Origin: Candidatus Micrarchaeota archaeon
GTDB taxonomy: Archaea > Micrarchaeota > Micrarchaeia > Norongarragalinales > SBBD01
Direction of reading: 5' to 3'
Length of the DNA stretch: 15,202 bases
Assembly (NCBI GenBank): GCA_038046605.1
Contig: JBBSVW010000029.1
Coordinates: 1 to 15,202, forward strand
Shown: piece after piece, positions 9,551 to 15,202 of the stretch
How positions within the stretch are numbered: position 1 is the first letter of the stretch
How the letters are laid out: each line of letters opens with the position of its first letter
Notes under the pieces: generated by a model
The model's database searches: none
Told to the model about the DNA's origin: nothing
What the model saw: the letters and a program-made list of their open reading frames with translations, nothing else
Program-made: the position numbers and the translations under genes

Positions 9551-10512
9551 CGCATATTTATGATGCCGCTTTCAAGCGCAAACTGGGCAGCCATGAAAAC
9601 AAGGTAGAGCAGCACGAAGAGGTAGCCCTCCTTCCTCACCAAATGCCTCTCAGTCTTAAGAAAATGGATTGTAAGGATGCCAAAAATTATCATCGAGAAC
9701 CCAGAGAGAAGCGCGATGGCCATCTGGGGCGGATTGATGGGCATTATCAGCGCGACAACCCCGATCGAAAGCGTCGCATCCGTTGCCACATTCCCCAGGA
9801 TATCGCCAAGCCCCAGCTCCTGCTTCTTTTCCCTAACCGCCTCTATTGAAAAGGTTAATTCGGGCAGGCAGGTTCCCAAGGCAATGATGATGCCCACGAA
9901 AATCGCCGGCACCGATAGCGCGGCGGCAAGCGCAATGGAATTGTTTGCCACGATATCCGCACTAAGGAATAACACCCCAACTGCAGCTGCGCCGATCACG
10001 AGGTTCTTCGCGAATTTCCATTTGCTTTTGCTTATGCCCTCGACGGATTTGGAGAAGCTGCGCCGCTGCTGCATGATGATTTTCATGTAAAACGCGAATG
10101 CCAATATGAGCGCCAACCCGTCGAACCTCGAAAGCCCGCCGTCCAGCAGAAGCAATACCGGCAGCAATATCAGCATCAAGTAATAATAGAAATTCCCGGT
10201 GATTATTTTGCTGTGCACCTTGATCTTCCCCGCGTAAATAGCCACCAGCCCGATTACGATGGAAAGGTCCGCGACGTTGGAGCCAAAGAGCACGCCCAAT
10301 CCGAAAGCGGAGTTCCCGGAAAGCGCTGAATTTACCGCAATTGAAAATTCCGGGAGCACGCTGGCTATCCCCACAACTAGAAAGCTTATTGTGAATTGCG
10401 ATAGGCCAAAGAATGCGGCAATATGCACAAGCGCCTTTACTGCGTATTCGGCACTCTTGATCAGAATGACAAAGCCTGCAAGCAAGAGAAGCATGGTGGA
10501 AAATAAATCCAT
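9547..10512 (-). CDS. Ca2+/cation (CaCA, YrbG/NCX-like) antiporter
   Basis: Two alpha repeats (IASVLPE...GSNVAD; LGTCLPE...GDILGN), about 10 hydrophobic segments, LSRFDG and LVRKEG motifs. Start reassigned to ATG 10512 (MDLFSTMLL). Confidence 0.9.
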   Translation of the reverse strand: MDLFSTMLLLLAGFVILIKSAEYAVKALVHIAAFFGLSQFTISFLVVGIASVLPEFSIAVNSALSGNSAFGLGVLFGSNVADLSIVIGLVAIYAGKIKVHSKIITGNFYYYLMLILLPVLLLLDGGLSRFDGLALILAFAFYMKIIMQQRRSFSKSVEGISKSKWKFAKNLVIGAAAVGVLFLSADIVANNSIALAAALSVPAIFVGIIIALGTCLPELTFSIEAVREKKQELGLGDILGNVATDATLSIGVVALIMPINPPQMAIALLSGFSMIIFGILTIHFLKTERHLVRKEGYLFVLLYLVFMAAQFALESGIINMR

Positions 10513-10612
10513 ATTAAGGCAAGGCGGAAGGGCATAATAATATTTTCGCTTTTTGGGGGGATAGGTACATGGATTGAATGGTTGCGTTAAAGATGGGGTT
10601 TGCAAGACATCT

Positions 10613-11950
10613 TCAGCCAAATTCATAAAGCCCCTTTTGTCCGGTCAGGGCAAATTTCGGGGAAAGCTTTGCTTTTTTCCCGCCACCCAATTTCTTTTCA
10701 TTGCCAATTATCATATCCTCAGGCAGCTGCAAAACGCCGTATTCGCCATCAAAGCCGGCCTTAACCTTCAGTTTGCCCTCGCGGTTAGCCAGGATTGCCT
10801 TCACGATTTTCTCATGGACTTCCCAGCTTAGCTTTTCCGGGGTGGCATTCAACAGCACGTTCAGCTCGCTCCCGAATTTTGCAATCAGCCTCTGCGTTTC
10901 CTCGTAGACCTTTTTGCTCATTGCTGGAAGCGCCTGGCAGGAGGCGATCAGGTCCTGCAGTGGAAGGATGGTTTTGAATGGGATTGCATGCCTTGGGGTA
11001 AAGCCATCATCCCTATCCGCCAATTGCTCTATCCGGCTTTGCACCCCAATAGTAAGCTTGCTTTTGCATTTGGGGCAGATGCCTCCAAGCGCTTTTGTTT
11101 CCAAAGGTGTGCACGAGAATTTGCAATTGCGATGGCCATCGAAATGGTATTTACCGTAATTCGGATCAACCTCAATTGTATACTTGAAATTGCGCGAATC
11201 CTTGTTTTTTAACGCCGTAATTAAATTCCCGTAGTTGAATTCCCCTTCCCCGAAATCAAATGCATTGCACTCCCTGCCTATGCGGTAGGGATGGGGCGAA
11301 TGCGCATCCGAATTGGAGATGAGGGTAAAATCATCAAGCTGCGAGAGCCTCCAGTTCATTTGGGGGTTCGAGCTCATGCCGGTTTCAAGGGCGAATATAT
11401 GTTTTGCCTGATCCTCGTATGCCTCCTTTATTGAATCAAACCCCGAGTTGCTCCCAAAAACACCAAACCAGGGCGTCCAGATGTGCGCGGGGATTATCTC
11501 AATTTCCTTGCTAACCTCCTTGCAAATTTCAACCAGGTGCGCCGATGAGGTTTTCCCAAACATTGGCCTTCCATCCGCGGAAAGCGAGCCCATTTTTGAG
11601 AGCCTATCATTCAGCTGGGAAACTACTTCAAGGCTTGGCGCCAGGAGAATGTGATGGACTTTCTTTACCCCCTTTGGCGTTGAAAAAAAGGTTGCAACCT
11701 CGTTTTGCAAAATGAAATTTGTAACAGGCAAGGGCGATCCTTTCAAATAATACAAACCAGATCCAACAATAGTTTCCTCCAATTTCAAGGAAAGCTCCTT
11801 GAACCACGTTGGATGCGAGAAATCGCCGGAGCCCAAAAGGGAAAGGCCCTTGCGCCTTGCGCCGGCGTCCAAATGCTCAAGATCCATGCTTTGCGATACC
11901 GCGCGGGAATATTTCGAATGGAGGTGCAAGTCGGCGAAAAGGAGTGCCAT
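10613..11950 (-). CDS. endoQ: Endonuclease Q family protein (PHP domain plus Zn ribbon, C-terminal PIP-box-like motif)
   Basis: ADLHLHSKYSRA, GSGDFSHP.W, HH, PAHIWTPWF, ETGMSS, SNSDAHSP, GRE, GKYH..GHRNC, CPKC, GFDGEYG; ends QKGLYEFG. Start reassigned to ATG 11950. Confidence 0.9.
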   Translation of the reverse strand: MALLFADLHLHSKYSRAVSQSMDLEHLDAGARRKGLSLLGSGDFSHPTWFKELSLKLEETIVGSGLYYLKGSPLPVTNFILQNEVATFFSTPKGVKKVHHILLAPSLEVVSQLNDRLSKMGSLSADGRPMFGKTSSAHLVEICKEVSKEIEIIPAHIWTPWFGVFGSNSGFDSIKEAYEDQAKHIFALETGMSSNPQMNWRLSQLDDFTLISNSDAHSPHPYRIGRECNAFDFGEGEFNYGNLITALKNKDSRNFKYTIEVDPNYGKYHFDGHRNCKFSCTPLETKALGGICPKCKSKLTIGVQSRIEQLADRDDGFTPRHAIPFKTILPLQDLIASCQALPAMSKKVYEETQRLIAKFGSELNVLLNATPEKLSWEVHEKIVKAILANREGKLKVKAGFDGEYGVLQLPEDMIIGNEKKLGGGKKAKLSPKFALTGQKGLYEFG

Positions 11951-11972
11951 GAATACAGTATCGGAAGAGCGA

Positions 11973-11980
11973 TTTATTAA
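11973..11980. promoter_or_regulatory. Shared bidirectional TATA box
   Basis: TTTATTAA (+) / TTAATAAA (-) lies at -30 to -23 from both ATG 12003 (+) and ATG 11950 (-). Confidence 0.65.
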
Positions 11981-12002
11981 TTCCAGCGAGAAAAGGAATA
12001 GC

Positions 12003-12464
12003 ATGGGATTGGTTTTGGATTATGCGATAATTGGGATTTTCTTTTTCTTCCTAGTTGCGCTTGCCTATTTCATAATTCTCTCTTTTTTCGGGATGACATA
12101 CTCCCTGCTTAAGTACGGATCGCTTGATTTCATCAAAAGGAGCGCAAAATTTGCCCTTAAGGCATCACTTATCTCATCGGCGCTCAATGGCATAACCATC
12201 ACGGCAATCTCCCTAATAGTCATTTCAAATATCCTCAAAGGGGGGCTAGGCGCATTTGAATCGATGGGAGGTTTTGGCTACCCCATTGGCGCCCTTGCCA
12301 TTGCGGCAATAATCGCAGGGAAGATAGTCGTATACGGTGCCATATCTACTCTTCTTTGGCTTTTGGCGGCATTTGCCCTCTATGCATATTTTGCAAGCAA
12401 GATGGGAGTGAAAAAAACAGCAGGGGCAAAGAAAAAAGCTGGTGGAAAAATTGCCAGGAACTAA
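12003..12464 (+). CDS. Hypothetical membrane protein (about 4 TM) with Lys-rich tail
   Basis: Start reassigned to ATG 12003 to avoid overlap with endoQ; strongly hydrophobic 153 aa. Confidence 0.75.
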   Translation: MGLVLDYAIIGIFFFFLVALAYFIILSFFGMTYSLLKYGSLDFIKRSAKFALKASLISSALNGITITAISLIVISNILKGGLGAFESMGGFGYPIGALAIAAIIAGKIVVYGAISTLLWLLAAFALYAYFASKMGVKKTAGAKKKAGGKIARN

Positions 12465-12522
12465 AAATTCGTACTTTATCCCAATTAGCTTATTTACGTA
12501 ATCACAATCAGCACAGCAATAT

Positions 12523-12906
12523 CTACGTCGGATACTCGATGCAATACGAATAGCTTGGGGCGGAATAGCATTTGCCAATGACTATTGCGCCCGGCTTGAA
12601 AATCGAAACGAGGTTTGCAATAATCTTTCCCGTAAGCTCGGCTTTTTGGTAATCGGCAAGGGCGGCATCGGTGCTTGGAACTATTGTCACATTTGTTGCA
12701 CTAATGTAAAAATATCGGACCTCATTGCAGGCAACGCTCGAATTTGCAGAGGTGTATTCAATGCAGGCAAGCCTTGCGCCGGCAATTGCAAGCGTTACCT
12801 CCTGCTGACGGAAGGATACGAGCATCATGGCGGCAATAAGGACAAATATCAGGGCGAGAAGCATCACATATTCCGCGGCAGCCTGCGCCCTAAGCTTGAT
12901 AGGCAT
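12523..12906 (-). CDS. Class III signal peptide (type IV pilin-like) protein
   Basis: MPIKLRA|QAAAEYVMLLALIFVLI: basic leader, Q+1, E+5, hydrophobic helix; four Cys in the mature domain; starts 1 nt after the upstream stop. Confidence 0.85.
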   Translation of the reverse strand: MPIKLRAQAAAEYVMLLALIFVLIAAMMLVSFRQQEVTLAIAGARLACIEYTSANSSVACNEVRYFYISATNVTIVPSTDAALADYQKAELTGKIIANLVSIFKPGAIVIGKCYSAPSYSYCIEYPT

Positions 12907-12907
12907 A

Positions 12908-13339
12908 TCACGTGCACCTAAGCTGCATTGTGCTTGCATTGTTCATTGTCTGGAGGGTTACCCATCCGCTACGGAAGCATGAAGGGGCAACAGAGGGAAT
13001 AGGCAAATCAAGCCTATCGCCCACGACCTTTTTGGCAGCGCCGGGAACGATGCAATAGAAGCGCGAATTGGAAATCTCCCAATAAAAGCACTGCGCCCCT
13101 ACTGGAATAAACACCCTATGGGTGAGCGTCGTGTAATTTCCGGAAAGATAAACATACTTGAGGGCGCTTGCCTCCAAATCAAGCGCACTTCTTGCGACAA
13201 GCACGTTGTTCAGTGCGGAAGTTCCCTGGATTTGCCTATCCGCCTGCGTCAATAACACCGATGTCACAAGCAATATGAAGCCGGCTATGAGGAAAAACTC
13301 TATTCCTCCCTGGCCCCTGCCTGATTTTTTCATATCCAT
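12908..13339 (-). CDS. Class III signal peptide (type IV pilin-like) protein
   Basis: MDMKKSGRG|QGGIEFFLIAGFILLV: Q+1, E+5, hydrophobic helix; four Cys. Confidence 0.87.
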   Translation of the reverse strand: MDMKKSGRGQGGIEFFLIAGFILLVTSVLLTQADRQIQGTSALNNVLVARSALDLEASALKYVYLSGNYTTLTHRVFIPVGAQCFYWEISNSRFYCIVPGAAKKVVGDRLDLPIPSVAPSCFRSGWVTLQTMNNASTMQLRCT

Positions 13340-13392
13340 ATCAAATGCCTTTTATTATCAACCAATCCAAATTCATCGGCTTCCCCATAGCT

Positions 13393-13399
13393 AAAAAAA
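13393..13399 (-). terminator. T7 tract after the peptidase stop
   Basis: TGA followed directly by TTTTTTT on the minus strand. Confidence 0.4.
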
Positions 13400-14449
13400 T
13401 CACAACCCTAGAAGTTTCAATATATCAACATAACGGTAAACAAGGAATGCCGCTGCAATCACCGGCGCAAAGGGCAGGCTTTCCTTCACAAGGATCTGTT
13501 TTACGCCAAGCTTTTTTAACGCTCTTATTTCAGAGGGCAAAAGGCCCCTTGCCTTGAGGGAATCAATAATCACCTTGCCTTTTGGCTTAAGGTCGGAAAA
13601 GACGCGGTAGGGTCTAATCCTCCTGCCAATGGATAATAGCTTGTTGATTTCCTTGAATGCATCATCGGCACTCCAGTGCGCAATCTTACCGCCTTTCATA
13701 TAAAGCGTTTCCGCCGGAATTAGCCCCTCACGCAGGTTTGAAACCAATACGGTTTTTGTCAAAACTTTCTTTGAAATCACCTTGAAGCTCCCGCGGAGGA
13801 ATTGCAAAATCAGGGAAACGAAGAATAGCAGCAGCAATAATGAGAGGTAATCCTCCAACGAGAGGAAGAAAATGCCAATCAACATGATCGGAAGGGCGAT
13901 TTTTAGGGGAATTGGGATAATGAAGGAAATCACAAGAAATGCCAAAATTAACAGGGGCGAGGTGTAAATTTGGCTGAATCTGGAAATGAGGAAAAGGGCG
14001 CAGAATGATAGGGCAGCTGATTTGCCCGCATTGATGATGGAATCGATAAAAAGCCTCTTGAAATCGCGCCTGAAAACAAATATTTCACCGAAATTGTAGA
14101 TGAGCGTTATTGGGATCAGGAAGAGGGCGGATATGAGGAAGACCGCAAAACCCGAAAAAAAGCTAAAGCCGGCGTACAGCGGCATGTAGGCCATTAGCGC
14201 CGTGAAGAATTTCACATCCCCTCCCGCCCAAACCCCAAGCCGGTACAGGCCGTATGCGAAGGCAAAATTCAGGAGGAAGAATGGGGCGTACGAAAATAAC
14301 AGGAAGGGCATTTCCACTTCGTATTTGAGGATCACAAGTGCAATCCCAATGAATAGGAAGAAGAAATTCACGGCATCTGGGATCATCCGCGCCTTGAGGT
14401 CAAAATAGAACACAAGCGCAATGAAGAACAGGATTGCTATTTCCCACAT
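13400..14449 (-). CDS. A24 prepilin peptidase, EppA-like (extra TM segments and C-terminal domain)
   Basis: Catalytic aspartates in YFDLKARMIPD and WAGGDVK; C-terminal LREG.I.AE...GL...I..LKK...VKESLPFAP; flanked by Q+1/E+5 pilins. Confidence 0.9.
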   Translation of the reverse strand: MWEIAILFFIALVFYFDLKARMIPDAVNFFFLFIGIALVILKYEVEMPFLLFSYAPFFLLNFAFAYGLYRLGVWAGGDVKFFTALMAYMPLYAGFSFFSGFAVFLISALFLIPITLIYNFGEIFVFRRDFKRLFIDSIINAGKSAALSFCALFLISRFSQIYTSPLLILAFLVISFIIPIPLKIALPIMLIGIFFLSLEDYLSLLLLLFFVSLILQFLRGSFKVISKKVLTKTVLVSNLREGLIPAETLYMKGGKIAHWSADDAFKEINKLLSIGRRIRPYRVFSDLKPKGKVIIDSLKARGLLPSEIRALKKLGVKQILVKESLPFAPVIAAAFLVYRYVDILKLLGL

Positions 14450-14555
14450 AAATTGGATGCGACCTCTTTTGAAATGGAAAGGGAGGAAAGAAATGAATGG
14501 AAAAAATGCGAATTAACATCAAAACGTGGGAAGTACCCATCAACATATGCAAATA

Positions 14556-14726
14556 TCATTCAAGGAACATGCCAATTACCGCATTCCGGTCGGCCTCTAT
14601 GCGCTGAGAAACGACATCTGCCACCTCCTTTATCTGTGTTGCAATTGAAATTCCCGCGAGCACAATCACAAGCCCAAGCGCCACTAACAGTATGTATTCG
14701 GTTGAAGTCTGCGCCTTTTGATCCAT
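14556..14726 (-). CDS. Small (56 aa) class III signal peptide pilin, absent from the ORF track
   Basis: Hand translation: MDQKA|QTSTEYILLVALGLVIVLAGISIATQIKEVADVVSQRIEADRNAVIGMFLE*. GGTG ribosome-binding site and TATA box upstream. Confidence 0.9.
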   Translation of the reverse strand: MDQKAQTSTEYILLVALGLVIVLAGISIATQIKEVADVVSQRIEADRNAVIGMFLE

Positions 14727-14761
14727 CGTTTAACACCAACGGAATTTGTATGGAAAGCGCG

Positions 14762-14769
14762 TATATAAA
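14762..14769 (-). promoter_or_regulatory. TATA box for the pilin cluster
   Basis: Consensus TTTATATA on the minus strand, 36-43 nt upstream of ATG 14726. Confidence 0.7.
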
Positions 14770-14823
14770 ACTAATGATTTGAAATCAAAAAACGCTTAGG
14801 TGAAAACGGCTCCCAAATGGAGT

Positions 14824-14904
14824 GGGTTTAAGGCCCTAATGCCCAATAGTGGCGGGATGGGATGCGGGCAGTTCCTTAATGCACCGTTAGGGTCAGCTAA
14901 ACCC
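14824..14904. other. 81-nt nested inverted repeat / structured element
   Basis: GGGTTTA 14824-30 pairs with TAAACCC 14898-904; CCCTAA 14834-39 with TTAGGG 14887-92; TGCCC 14840-44 with GGGCA 14866-70. Confidence 0.65.
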
Positions 14905-15201
14905 CTACCCCAGCGTATGCACAAGGTCGAATTGCACGGAGAGGAATATGAAGTAAAGCAGCACGAGCATGATGCCCTCCCTGCGCGCAAGCTCCTTTTT
15001 CCGGTATGCGAAGAAGAACACAAGGAGGAATGCAAAAACCATGAAGCCGTAGGCGACAAGGAATTTTTCGAATGAAAACACGAGCGTCCCCCCGACGATT
15101 GCAGCAGCCCCAAGGATGAATGTGAGCTCGGTTACAAAGCTGCCTATGATATCCCCCCAAATGACCTCCTCCTCCCTTGCCTTGAGTGCGCTAAGATCGA
15201 C
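14905..15201 (-). CDS. Second Ca2+/cation (CaCA) antiporter, 3' part only (5'-truncated by window edge), absent from the ORF track
   Basis: Hand translation: VDLSALKAREEEVIWGDIIGSFVTELTFILG...KKELARREGIMLVLLYFIFLSVQFDLVHTLG*. Aligns with the C-terminus of 9547-10512 (GDILGN...LVRKEGYLFVLLYLVFMAAQF). Confidence 0.85.
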   Translation of the reverse strand, partial: VDLSALKAREEEVIWGDIIGSFVTELTFILGAAAIVGGTLVFSFEKFLVAYGFMVFAFLLVFFFAYRKKELARREGIMLVLLYFIFLSVQFDLVHTLG

Positions 15202-15202
15202 C

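Noticed and set aside
5520-12939. Long N-terminal extensions in track ORFs (starts 5630, 8192, 10626, 11799, 12004, 12939)
   Set aside because: They overlap neighbours or run through promoter regions; downstream ATGs match family N-termini and promoter or ribosome-binding-site spacing.
14833-14893. Integron attC site
   Set aside because: GTTAGGG resembles R', but the partner is CCCTAAT rather than RYYYAAC; there is no cassette array or integrase.
14453-15160. Track ORFs 14453-14782, 14796-15113, 14800-15075, 14897-15160
   Set aside because: Displaced by the hand-translated pilin (14556-14726) and antiporter (14905-15201), which have family motifs.

Overview
Archaeal chromosomal segment; the TATA-box and leaderless promoters, CDC48, EndoQ and Epd-type pilins suggest a DPANN/Micrarchaeota-like lineage, but that assignment is inference. 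Gene order: two-subunit class I fumarate hydratase (alpha partial, beta); a truncated kinase-fold orphan; cdc48 carrying a 434-codon LAGLIDADG intein broken by one in-frame TGA; a three-gene AbrB-antitoxin/PIN-toxin/antitoxin-tail-paralog operon with a phased operator-like array; an orphan; a polyprenyl diphosphate synthase; a transglutaminase-like protein lacking the catalytic Cys; a membrane orphan; a Ca2+/cation antiporter; EndoQ; a membrane protein; a type IV pilus cluster (three class III signal peptide proteins, one missed by the ORF track, plus an EppA-like peptidase); and the 3' end of a second antiporter, also missed by the track. The most notable observations are (1) a candidate nascent split intein in CDC48, (2) a toxin-antitoxin module with a second, DNA-binding-less copy of the antitoxin C-terminus, and (3) a diverged duplicate of the fumarase alpha 3' end behind a strong hairpin.
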